A DNA stretch of 64,000 bases from Yuukianura sp. NJ FZ-2021 (Eukaryota): positions 2,728,001 to 2,792,000 of the forward strand of contig CM102288.1 in assembly GCA_046563655.1 (NCBI GenBank), given 5' to 3'. A program made the position numbers and the translations under genes. This document shows, in pieces, positions 52,201-64,000 of the stretch; the stretch's first letter is position 1, and the number at the start of each line of letters is the position of its first letter. The notes below the pieces were generated by a model. The model was not told the DNA's origin. It saw nothing but the letters and a program-made list of their open reading frames with translations, and ran no database searches.

Positions 52201-55200
52201 GAATTAACAGTTCAAAGTTTGTGTCGTACTCGTGAATGGCGCTGTGCTTTTGCAAAGAAAATTCAATTTTGTTATTTAAAAAAATGTAAAAACCTATTTT
52301 TTTTTGAGTTTGACAAATATGAACTTCTCCTTGATTTTTTAAAAACGTTTGTCTTTCTTATGAAATTCTTCATAATTCATTCGACCAGTTTCTTTTCAAA
52401 TACTACGCAATTAAGCAGGATTATGGAGTTCTTTCTATGTCTTCTTTTTTAAAATTTGAAACAAAATTCTCTCAAATCAAAAGAAATGTTGAAACTCAAA
52501 AAAAAAAACTTTTCCTTGCTTGTTATTTCAAGATTCTAAGATAGAAAAAGAAAACCAACGAAGTGAAAGGCGATTGCTACTTTAAAACCTAATGATGATC
52601 TCGCTAATGATTCTCTATTTTCCGTTCTTTCAGGCACTGCTTCCATTCTCCATCTCGTAGCCATTGCCCTTGACAGGTAAAAAGACATTTTTTAACTATA
52701 ATTAAGAACAAGAATTCAACCCAACGACAAACTTTCTATTCTTCAGACTTTCTAAAGTCTCGGCAAAAAGAAAATCTAAAGAAATTCGAACTCCTTTTCT
52801 TGTCTTTTCCCAAATCTTCTTACGTTTCTTTACGAATCAGGAGAAAGAAATTGAATCTGTTCTCACAACTATTGTTGTTCCTTTCGTTTTCAAAACCTAC
52901 GCCCACTCCCACACAAAATCTTCTTTGTTTTTAACAAAAAGTTAAGCCCAGACTGAAATCGAACATAGTATTAGCCTTTTCCCGCCCAGTCTTAAGGTTT
53001 TAAGGTTAGTTAGCCTTAAATTGAGTAGTCTCAGTAACATAAACTTGAAGTAGGTTTTTCAGAGGAAGTGAAAAGCTCACTAATTAGACGTCAACAAAGG
53101 ATAATTAGAAGTTGGACAACCACAAAGCATAGTTTCTAAGCCCGTAGTCTTAAGATTCAGGGGGAGGAGGAGGAAGCCCATAGGATAACGTGAAGAAAGC
53201 CTAAGCCTCACTTTCACTTTTTTTTTCTCAGAATTTTCTTAAGTTGAGAATTGAATTTCCAAGTCAGTGCTCAACAATCAATCAATTCCTCATCAGCTTT
53301 CAGTTGAGCCTTTTACTTTCTCTGGGATAAAAACATACAAGAAAACACGGCGGGAAAACGGAAAAAAATGGAGGGAAAACTCAGAATGGTTGTGCGGTTT
53401 AACTAAGGAAGGAACGGAGCGTCTTATCTCTGCAGACTTTCTCTTGTTCCCTATACACAAACTCATTCATCATTTTAAAACTTGGGCGGGAAAAGCAAAA
53501 GTGGAGAAAGTCGTCAAGGTTTGCTTACGACCAGGAAATTTTTGTATACCCAAAAAGCCTACTCCGCTTTTTTAAAAAATCTTCTTTGATTTTTTTCTTT
53601 TGCAATGTTTCACTGAACAAATAAATTAGAAGAAATTGTAAACTTGAAAAATGTAAAATGGAATACAAAATGACAAATTATGGAAGTCATTTTCCACTAC
53701 CAAGAGACCAGAAAAGTGACGGAGAAAGCAAGTTTTGGTTGAGAAAAAAGTGAGTGAAAGCACTGGAGCACACCCTCTATTCACTGTTCAAGTTCGCACT
53801 GCCTGGGTAAATCCACATTGAGCTGTCAAGGGAACGTGGTAAGAGACACAGGAGACAATCATCGATCCTCACTACGTTGGGCGCCTAACCTAACCAAAAG
53901 CTCTAGCCTTTCTCCCGGGTAAAAGTTCTTCACCATTAGAAACACACCTCACAATCCCCCCTTAACTCACACTTTCCAGAAGTCAAAGTTAAAAACTTCG
54001 AAACAAAAAACTATACGAAAAGCGTCAGAATCTACCCGTCAGATTCAACTTTTGACTTTTCGGATTCTCCACGAGAACATCCAAAAACGCACGTTTTCAC
54101 TCCCTCCAACTAACCAGAATCCGGGGAAAAAGTTATGTAGAGCTACACGATTACTGTGAGAGCTATCTCACGCATACACCACTGCCACCCACTTGAAAGT
54201 CATCAATTCATACTTTCACACGGTCACTTTCTCCCACCATACTTCAAAAAATAAAGTTTTTAGTGGGTCTTCAAAAGACTTTGAGGATTTCTTAACAAGG
54301 ATCAAAAGATTTAAAGAAAATGTTGAGGTTTCACAACTTTAGCTTTCCTTCTATTTCTATGTGGAAGTTGACGAAGACGGATTTCTTTCCAGATTACAAC
54401 TTGAGAATCCTCCTCTTAACTCAAAATGTTCCAAAAGAGTGTCAAGGAACTTCAAGTTTTTAGCCAAAAACCACTTCAAACTTTGAACTTCTAACCACCT
54501 CCACAAAACCTCTTCGCTAAGCCACTGAAAATTTGACAATTTCGAAACCAACGATGAACTAACGCAAAACCACTTCGCAAAATTAAGGCATGTCGAATGA
54601 TTCTGCCACTGAGCAAATGATAGTTTAGGGGCAGAGCTAGGGAAAATTTTCAAATTCCAAGTTCGGAAACACCAGCCGTGCTACCCGCAAGGATTATTTT
54701 AAACTTACACAAGTGTAATTTCAAAATTTCAGTTTTAATTTTAAATTTAATAAAAATTTTAATTTTAAAATAAATAATTTTAATGTTAATAAAAAATTAA
54801 TAAATTATTGTCGAAATAATGAACAAAAAAGAAAAAAAAACGCGTCTGAATTCCGACATGATCCAAATTTCAATTTTCTATGTAAAAAACTCTAGTTTCA
54901 AAATAATTCAATCTTCATCTTTTTCTTGTCAAAATTCGGGCTTGTTTGGGTTCTTTTCTCTTCTTCAATACGGAAAAAAAAACTTTTCATTTCATTCATT
55001 TCATTTTCCCTCTCCAAAACCAAACTCATAAAAATCAGCTTTCTTTAGTTTTCTCTGTCGTGTTTCTCCACGTGCCGCTAACTTTCTCCGTTGTTCCGTC
55101 TATTATTGTCCACTTGATTGTGGTCTGTTCAAGGTTAGGTTTAGGTGTACATAACATAACAACAAAAAAGTAAGTAAAAGCTCCTTGCACCCACTCACTC

Positions 55201-58200
55201 AGCACCCACTAAAAGTCAGTTTCAATTTCAGCACAGTCTGTTGACTCTCATGCTCTATTCTTAACTAACCTTAAAAACTTAGAGTTAAAGCCCAACCTAC
55301 CTATTACACTTTTTCAGTTCAAAGTGTTGACATTTTAAGTTACTAAAATATTTACGCCCTCTTTCTACCTCTTCACAAATAGCTCTCACTTACACCAACC
55401 ACTTTCCCTCAAGCCGCTCTTTTACGCTCCTTTTTCTTCAAGAGCGCTCTCTTTTCGAACAGCGCCTGGAGAGCTCAGTGACGTGCGTGAATTTATACGC
55501 GCCAGAGTGCCTCTCTCCTTTACTTTATGTTCCTCCTAAATTAGTTTCGACCAATCCATTAACTAATCGAAACACTTTCCTCCATGGATGCTTTAAGGTA
55601 CTGGAAGAAACGTGTGTTGGGTAATACGTATTATTATGGCAAATAAACTTTATCCACCCACCACCTCTTCCGCCTAAACTGAAACTCTAACTCTTCCACA
55701 AACCTAAGCTTTCGGTCACTGCCAGAAAGAAAGTTGGCCGGTCTGTGGCGGTTTCCAAAGTAATGGAAACCAAGGCAATTCAGAAATTCATGGGAACTAG
55801 GCAGTGGGGCCAAAAAACTCTAACCACCAAACTGCTACAAGGAGCCACCAAATGGCGGGGGCTGGCGGAGCGCTTTTAGCTGCTCAGGTGGAGGTCAAAG
55901 TGGAGAGATCCATAATCATATTTCTTGAAGTAAAAAGGGGTGCTGCTGTGTCTTTGGCGTGATACATGGAGAAAGTACTGAGTTTGTGAGGAGAAAGCGC
56001 AGATTCTCATTAGGATTCTACATCCGCAGTCAACTCTGAGTTCCCTCACTCTGACGTTAGGCTAGAGTTAGGTTAGGTCCCTAACTCTGGCTAATGCTCC
56101 CTTACATTAAAACATACACTTAAGGAACCCACTTTCCCTTTCACTTCCAGTCATGGCACTACTTAGGCCACAATGCACTCAGACCTGTCTACACGTACGG
56201 TAAAAACTAGTCTCCAACTATAGTCCAGTCCATATCAATTACAATTTTCAAAAAATATTAGAAAGCGGAGATTCCGGATTTTGTTTCACTTTGACTCCGA
56301 CTGCTTCAAAAATTTCTCTTACACTTGGAAAAAAAATTTATTCGTAGGTGAAGATCTAGGTTTATTCCCCAAACGGTATCGGTAGTGTGTTTCGAAATTT
56401 TGAAAATAAAGATGAAGTAATAAAAGACAATTTTGAAAACTAGTCGCTTTCTCTTTGTTTTGATAAGTTATGCTAGGTTGCAAGGTTTTAAGTTTCGTTC
56501 TTGCTTAAAAATTGGATTGTTAGAGAAACATTTTTCGTTTCTTACTAAAAAAAAAGACTGAGACTGTTCGAATTTTGAATTTCCGTTGTAGGTGGGATTT
56601 TTTTTGTACTTTCTTTAAAGCTTCCACTGTGGCCCAACAACCTTTAAGCTTCTTTTCGTGAACATGGAAAAGAAGAAATAACAAGCACAAATGGCAAACC
56701 GATACCATTACAACATTTCCAAATCTCTCTCTTTTTCGTTTTTTCATTTTTTCAAAAGAACTAAAAAAAGAGGGTGAACAACGAACTTTGTGCAAAAACG
56801 GACTAAGGGATGGGTCGTAAAGTTCCATTTTAGAGAAAGAAAAGAAGACATGTCTCATCTGTTTTTAGAAATGTGTGTGTCTAAAAAACTCCATAACTCT
56901 GGAAATTTTTTTTCCTCTCCATTGGTTAGTAAACTTTAGTTAAGCAAAAAGAAGAAAAAGTTGCGGTAATTGATTCATGAGAACGTTCTCAGTCAGTCTA
57001 CTGCTCGTAAAGTTTTTGGACTCTGACACTCTTGGCTCCCTCAAAAATCTTCACAATTTAGGATTGACACTCTCCATCCGCCCTCAGTTTTTTTTCAAAA
57101 AGCTTTCTTCAAAAAAAACCTAAGACAAGAGGCAAGACGAAGAAAAATGAGAATTAGGAACTTTTAAATGGAAAATAAACAAAAACCTGAACTTTTTTTT
57201 TGTACGCAAAAACACGAAGATCCGTTTTCATTCTTCCCCAGAAAGGAACTAGAGAAAGGTAAAATAATACACATTTTTTTCAAAATAAACTCGTTTCTCA
57301 CATTTCAACTTTTTCAAAAAAAACAAAAGTCTCTCATTGTTAGACCTTGAAAGCAAGAATAACTTGGTTTTAGTTTTGTTCTACCCTAGTTTTAACTTTC
57401 GTAGTTAAAACGCAACAAATTTGAAAATGTCGACGTAATTGTTACTGAGGTAAATTGAATTGGGCGTAATTTGAGGGACACAAAGTTAGCAATTAAATTT
57501 TGGTCTTTTCAAAATAACCCACTTAGAGCCGAAACGTGGTTTTAGTACATGCAGTCTGCTCCACTCCCATTTGTACTAATGACGCTTCTAAAATTACAGC
57601 TTCTGTTTTATGACTTCAGTTTAACTACCGTCAGACACAGTAAAAACGAGTCAAAAATTCATAGACTTTGTTGAACTTGCAGTCAAACTACAAGAAATAA
57701 CACTTTTGGTTAAAAAATAACAAAAACAAATCAATTTTAGCATAAAATTTGCCCTTTTTGATTCTCATTCACAAATCTTGGTCTTTCTATGAATAAAATC
57801 CTTAAAATTTCCATAAAATATTTATAGGTTTTGAAATTTTTAGCATATTTCAACAGACGTGTTGAGTAAACACGAAAAACTGAAAAGAAAACCGTATAAG
57901 CAAAACTTTGCAAAACGTTTCGTCCATTTTCCTTTAAAGCGGCATTTTGTTGTTGGTTTTTTGAATTTAATAAAATTTTCATTTCTGAAAGTATTTTCAA
58001 TCGAATTAGTTTGAAAAGATTTCCGTTTCCTGACGAAAATGTAGCATTTTCCAAGGTAGAACTTGAAATTTGAAATGATGTTATTTTGAGAATATTTTTG
58101 TTAAAGTAAAGCATATTTGCTCTTTCATCTTTCTCTTACTCATCGCATTAGCCTTTCTCTTTTTCCTTTGAAAGTCTATGGTTGACTTGTTGCTTTTGGA

Positions 58201-60435
58201 CACAAAGTCTGTGTACATGACGAGGAAACAGGAACTATACAACTCTTGTGTGTCCAAAAGAATGATTTCAAAAGAACGTCTAAAATTACTTTTCACATTT
58301 TCCTAGAACCCAATCCATCTTCATCTTTCTATAACCAAAAGTAGACACAAAACAAAAGATTCTAACACAAGATCAATAAAATTCAACCACACAAGTCACA
58401 TTTCAAATCCAAAAAGGAAAACCCGTCAGCTCCAGGAGAAGACAACGCCTTGCTGGCAGTTCTGAATTTTATTACTCCCTTTTCAAAAAATTTCTTATTC
58501 CATCCTCATATTTGCAATCACACGAGCCATATTGAAAATCCAAACGAGAAAAAAATCTCTACTGCTCTCAAAATCAAAAAGTTTCTCCCTTCTGCAATCA
58601 AATCCGCTCAAGTAATTTTCTCCTCTTTTCAAAAACCGCGAACAAAAATTTTTAGCGACCAAAACTTTCTCCTTAACAAAATTTTCCCCAAAGTTATGAA
58701 CTCTTGTCAGCTCATTTTGTAGAGCTTTTCTTGTAGGTCTTATTTTAGTAAAAAAGTGAAATTGAGATACGTATCTCCTTTGATTGAATCCCTTAAGTGT
58801 ACCTTTTGAATAAGAGGCTCTCAAAAAATTTTTCGAAAGTAAAAAAGAGCTGCAAAGGAAAGTTTTTCTGTAAAAAAAACTTTCACTTCCCGCATCACTC
58901 CTGTCGGTCCTTTACATTCTCCGCAGAATCTTCTGGTTCTTGTGGACTTATGCTCTAACCAACTCTAGTCTTCTTATAACTCTAACCAGCGAGTGTTTAC
59001 CATTACTACCAAAGTTAAACTCGTTAGGAAAGTAAACTAAAGAAAAGAGCGGAGGAAGAGGAAGCTTTTAAAATAAAAACGAAACAAGAAGACGCACTCA
59101 AAAGAAAAACCTAACAAACCTTCGTTAACTTCCATTTTTCTGTTTCACCTTCTACTCTTCCATCTATAATCACTTTCACTTTTAAATTCTTCAAAAGAAA
59201 AATCTAAAATTTAAAAATTACAAATCTCCGACTCATTTTTTGTTAATTTTTCATTTTTCCCAGAAACTGGGTTTAACTTCAGTTGATACGCGGACAAAAG
59301 TTTCAAACTTCTGTCTATCGAAAGCATTAATCAAGTTGACTTAATCTTCCTCTATATTTGAATAAAATTCTGTTCTAGAAATTGGATTTTGAAGAAATGG
59401 AAATTAAATTTTGAAAAAGTAGTCTCAAAATTTCATAACACGACGAATACAATTTTCCAAGCAGCACAGAAAAACTGTACGCTTGCCAGCAGTCTGGAAC
59501 TTTCCCTCTTTCCTACCAGAAAAAAAAACTCTAGGAGCGGAAAGAGAAAGTTTTCGGAAAAGTTACATGTCTTCAAGTTTCTGGCGATATTGACCTTGTC
59601 TGTTTCTGTATTGCACAGGTACTGGGCTGTGACCTCAATTGATTACATCCACCACCGTAATCCGTCCCGCATCATTACCATGATCGTTCTAATTTGGCTC
59701 ATTGCCTTGCTCGTCTCTCTGTCACCACTCTTTGGCTGGAAAGACGTCGACTGGCTCAAAAGAATTGAAGAACATCAAAAATGCATCGTGAGCCAAGAAC
59801 TGAGCTACCAACTCTTTGCATCCCTCTCCTCCTTCTACGTCCCACTCGCAGTCATCCTCTTCCTCTACTACAGAATCTATGAAACAGCACGCAAAAGAAT
59901 CCGACGCAGACCCCGTGACCCCAAACCCCCATCAGGGGGTCGCCTCCTTCCCCCGGAACCCACCACAACCACCAGTCTCATCAACTCCCCAGAAAAGAGT
60001 GCTCTCCTGGCCAATGGCGGTCAGTCGACAGCCCCCACTCCGGAATCCACCCCCTTACGGGTCATAGCTACACGGGCGGGGGTTAAATCCAAACGGGAGA
60101 CAATAGAGTCAAAACGGGAGAGAAAAGCGGCCAAAACACTGGCAATTATCACTGGAGCTTTCATCATTTGCTGGCTACCGTTCTTCGTGATGGCCCTCTA
60201 CGACGCTATTTGTCCTCCGTTCACTTGTCAAAGTCAAACTTCACCGAGACCCACATTCGTACCTGCTCTAATGCTATGGCTTGGTTACTTTAATTCTACT
60301 CTCAATCCAATCATCTACACTATTTTCAGTCCAGAATTTAGACAAGCTTTTAAAAAGATACTGTTTGGGAGACACTACAACAGTTCTGGAGGAGGAGCAA
60401 CAGGCAGTAGAAGTACTGTACCAGTTAACGTTTAA
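40001..60435 (+). CDS. 5-HT1: 5-HT1-type serotonin receptor (class A aminergic GPCR), complete spliced CDS join(40001..40238,51252..51455,52634..52676,59619..60435), 433 aa
   Basis: Seven TM segments with GN (TM1), SLAVADL (TM2), D3.32 in DVLACTASILHLVAIALDRYWAVT, FYVP (TM5), KRERKAAKTLAIITGAFIICWLPFF (TM6) and WLGYFNSTLNPIIYTIFSPEFR (TM7). These match my recollection of invertebrate 5-HT1A/1B receptors. All introns are GT-AG and phase-compatible (11013, 1178, 6942 nt). In-frame upstream stop TGA at 39965. The A versus B subtype cannot be resolved by eye. Confidence 0.93.
42361..42462. repeat. Short tandem repeat (41-47 bp unit, ~2.3 copies) in intron 1
   Basis: aagtaaac...tagcggcacaa..catgta..ggttg units start at 42361, 42408 and 42449 (partial). 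Confidence 0.75.
44171..44246. repeat. Degenerate 10-12 bp minisatellite (AGAAATACTGGC-like) in intron 1
   Basis: agaaatacctgc agaaatactcg aaatactggc agaaatactgg aaatactggc... Confidence 0.75.
51252..51455 (+). CDS. 5-HT1: 5-HT1 receptor coding exon 2: end of TM1, TM2, start of TM3 including D3.32
   Basis: Acceptor ttttaacttag|gg completes Gly. Encodes NVFVIAAIWMERNLHSSVANYLILSLAVADL...MCDMWTSSDVLA. Donor T|gtaagt at 51456. Confidence 0.95.
52634..52676 (+). CDS. 5-HT1: 5-HT1 receptor coding exon 3: 43-nt microexon (CTASILHLVAIALDR), absent from the ORF track
   Basis: Acceptor ttctttcag|gc completes TGC. Donor AG|gtaaaa at 52677. It supplies exactly the missing TM3 segment, and CTAAT branch-point-like motifs lie at 52589 and 52604. 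Confidence 0.95.
59619..60435 (+). CDS. 5-HT1: 5-HT1 receptor coding exon 4: YWAVT through TM4-TM7 and C-tail
   Basis: Acceptor ttgcacag|g completes AGG (the Arg of DRY). The frame is open to TAA at 60433-60435. Confidence 0.95.
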
Positions 60436-61241
60436 TTTTAACGCCAGACATAAAAAAATACCCATTCAAAAATGGAAAAACTTTTGTTTTGTTTTTTCAA
60501 AAAAGTTTAGAATTCACAATTTTGGTTTGACTACAACATAATCTGAAAATTGTTGTTCAATGACCTTGACCTCGAGGAATGTTAAATCATCTGCTTCTGC
60601 TAACTCACGTTTTCAAATTTTGTTCAAAAACATTGTTCACCTACACGACAATCTCAAATTTCAAAACTTATTTGAAAACTTTCCCAATTCAAAATTAATT
60701 CGCAACAAGAGAAAGTGCAAAGGAAAACGTAAAATCGAAAAGTGAGTAAAAGGCCGATGTGTTTCAGTTTATAATTTTCTAAATTAACCCTGAAATTTCT
60801 AACTTCGCTGAAATTCAATTCATACTTGACTTCTTTTGAAAATGAAAAAGTGAACGTGTTTAACACGAACTTTCCCCTCCTCTTTTCTCATTTAATTAAC
60901 TTTCTCCCGCGTAACTCAAACTCCTGAAGAGCATGAAGAGGTCTTGTTAGCAACATAACACTCTCTCTGTTATTTTTGTTCCTTCCTTAATTTAATTTCT
61001 GAATGTTGATTTCGTATACTGCACAACAACACAAAAACGAAAAGGAACTCTAGCACCCACTTTCGCCTTTCTCTTTTTTAGATTTACAACCAAAAGTGTA
61101 ATGTCAGATGAGATGCAAATTTAATTTCACCTTAACTTTCTTCCAACACTCCAGGCCCTTTGCAACACAAAGTTTCCACAACTTTCTATTTCCTTATTTC
61201 CTTTTCTCTCAAAATTTTTGCTTTTCACAAACAGGTTTCGA

Positions 61242-61247
61242 AATAAA
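61242..61247 (+). terminator. Candidate polyadenylation signal of the receptor
   Basis: First AATAAA I noticed after the stop codon, followed by GT-containing sequence. Further AATAAA hexamers occur downstream (e.g. 61832). Confidence 0.3.
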
Positions 61248-64000
61248 GTTGTGAAAAAATCTTCCTAGTGTGAAAGTGTTTTCCTAGAGAGTTAATTACT
61301 AGCAAAAAAGCTTATTGTGATATAAAAAGTAAGCAGTTATTATTGTTAAAGGTTAATCAAGAAATTCTAAAAACTAAAACCCAGTATTGACTAGTTAGTA
61401 AGAAAATACCAAAAATCTATTCAAGCAAAAATGGGAAAATTTTAGACAAAAGTATACTAAAAAGTAGTTTTTAGAAAATAAGACTTAAGTTTTCTGTCAA
61501 AAACAAGCTCGACTCGGAAATTAGAGAAAATACTACATCAAAAGAACTGCAATGCGGAGTTAAGGTTTTGAGCGGAAATTGTTAACATTGAAAGCTCCTT
61601 TCCAAGAGCCCTGGAAATGAACTTTCAATCTTTCTGACAATGTCAGAACGCAAAAGAGTTTCCTGTCAATTGTTAAATGGCAAAACAATAGAAATAATAG
61701 ATAACTATCACTACTATTACAATAAGAAATCAAGAAATCATCCTCCTCATCTTCACTAATTAAATTACTTACAACTTAACTAAAACTGTGAACAAAATGT
61801 TATTTAAAATGAATCTTCCAGAAAACAGTCAAATAAAAGGAAATCTTTCAAAATGAAGGAGATGGCTGTCAAACTATCACAGAATTTGAAGCTCCAAAGT
61901 TTTACAAATGAAAATATAAAACGAAATCAACTTTCCGCAAAATAAAATATAAAAATCCAAAGTTCGTCAAAAGAGAAAGTGGCGTACTGCCCAAAATCTG
62001 CCGAAGATGACCATTGATCTTTAGTTTTCTACTTTTTCTTAGAAAATTTTGAATTTTTTTTTGCAAAACAAACTTTTCGAAATGTTTGAAGTGAAAAATA
62101 AAATGAAGCGTAGTGGGCGGAGTGGATTGACAGAAACAAAGGGATTAGTTTTTTTTCATATTCATTTGACTTTCCACTCACGTCGGAACAAAAGAATAAC
62201 AAATCTTCTGGCTGAATGCTAGGAGCTTTTAGTTCCTACTAGTAGAAAAACGCGTACTAATTCAAAAACAAAAAACGTTTTGGACAGAAAATCGAAACGT
62301 GCAAAATGCTAAATGCACCAAAATAACAAAAAGTGCTGAGAAGAGGATTTAGAGCATAAAGGTAAACAACCGCAAAGCATTTTCCTTGTAAAGTTTCAAT
62401 TTTCCGCCAAAAAACTAACGATCCATGACGCTTTCACGCTTTCGTACATCGGCCATTTTGAATTTCCAAGGGATTTCAAACTGAAACTTCGGATATAAAA
62501 AAAAGAAATTATTTGAAATAAAAATAATTATACAGTGCTGGAAAAAATTACATGAACAAGAATATTTAAGAATATTTTTGAACATAATTTTACTAATTGT
62601 TAAGCTAAAGTTAGCCAAAGAATTATACACTCCTCCACGTACAAATTACAAGACATCCATCAAAACGAAGTAATATTAATGCTATGATTGGTACATCCAA
62701 AATTTTGTAGCCTAGTATTTGGTTCAGAAACGTTATTAGCCAAAATTTCACTAAATTCGGTGAAAGCATTTCTCCACAAAATTATAAGACATCCCATTTT
62801 TGTACAAATTGAATACACAATTAAAAATTAATTGCACGTGTAATTCCCGGTATTTTTTTTCAAAATCGCATCAAAGGCTTAGAAAAAGGCTGGACAATCT
62901 AAAGGTACAATGAGCAATTGTAATTTTCAATTGCGTACTGAATTTGTGCAAAAATGTGAATTAACTATGTGAAGAAAGCTTTCTCCAAATGGTTTTCACC
63001 GAATTTAGTGAAATTTTGGCTAAAAACGTTTTTGAGCCAAAACTTTGCTACAAAAATTTTGTCCACTATGTGCCAATCCTAGCATTAATATTCCTTCGTT
63101 TTGAGGCTCATAAAAATATGCTTGTCGTTATAATTTTTTCCTGCACTGTATTTCAGTTTGTTTCAGAAACTAAATCAACGGAATGGTGTTGGAAAATAAT
63201 TTTAAAAAAATCTTGGAATTCTTCGAAGACTTTCTCCGGTTCAGAAAATTTCGGTTAAAGAAAAGATTTTTTCTTCTGCCTTTCACCAAAAAAAAAACCT
63301 CCAAACCAATTGATTCTCAATTTGTTACTCTGAATTTGACCACCGGAATTTCGAAAAACCGAAAAAGCAGCGAATGAACCAGAAGTGACGACGCAAGAAT
63401 TCAAGTGAGATTCGAATTCCCTTGCTTTCTCCGTTCTATTTTTTTTTCAATTTCCTCTCTCCTGCCTGGCTGTCTCTGGTGTACTATTTCCTGCCACTTT
63501 CGCTACAGTGCTAGAAAGTGGTTTTCCGGAGCAAACGAATTGTTTTCCAAAATCAAACTAATCAACCTAATGCTTCCTGAATTCCTTCTCGTTCTCCTTT
63601 GAGTGAGAGGGGATATTAAACACTTTCACCACACAACTCTTCAGTACTACTGCCCAACATCTTTCAAGCGCTCCACTTTCACAAAGACAAACATCCCATT
63701 ACTCCTCCAGCATCCTCCAGTTGCTCCAAAATCCACATAAAATAACCATAGCGATGGCACACACAAGAGCTTATGCTCTTGACCTCAACAAATCCTTCGC
63801 CAGACACCGAATTTCCTACTGCCCGCATGGACTCATGCCTCCGGGAACTGTATAATTAAGGCCATTGTCCACTACCAGGCATGTCCATCCAGAATCTTCC
63901 AGGAATTTTTCAGCAGTCCACAAATACCATTCAGAGATGGAGGAGAAAGCTAAGCTGTGTCATGGACTGAACTGAGGACATAGTCGCATTTACATCTTTG

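Noticed and set aside
54721..54810. Nearly pure A/T island in intron 3
   Set aside because: Low complexity, with no TIR, TSD or other defining structure seen.
59389..59618. 5' part of the 348-aa ORF as the receptor N-terminus
   Set aside because: It starts at TTG and has no GPCR similarity. It is intron sequence upstream of the acceptor at 59618.

Overview
This is AT-rich eukaryotic (invertebrate, probably arthropod) genomic DNA. I found no prokaryotic system, RNA gene or CRISPR array. The main feature is a complete 4-exon, + strand class A GPCR of the 5-HT1-type serotonin receptor family: join(40001..40238,51252..51455,52634..52676,59619..60435), 1302 nt, 433 aa. It includes a 43-nt TM3 microexon that the ORF track misses. 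The first 1.8 kb holds the last three spliceable exons of an unidentified Lys/Ser/Thr/Ala-rich protein, possibly with an alternative terminal exon. The ~38 kb between the two genes has no recognisable coding sequence. It carries two well-bounded non-autonomous DNA transposons: a 650-bp hAT-like element (10-bp TIR, perfect 8-bp TSD) and a 669-bp foldback element with inverted minisatellite arms. It may also contain a decayed LTR remnant. The non-coding DNA is rich in recurring motifs: five perfect nuclear-receptor DR1 elements (plus DR0, IR1-like and ER4 arrangements), AAGTGAAAGT words, and TTAGG/NTAAC pentamers. Almost all other short ORFs look spurious. All calls were read by eye with no database search.
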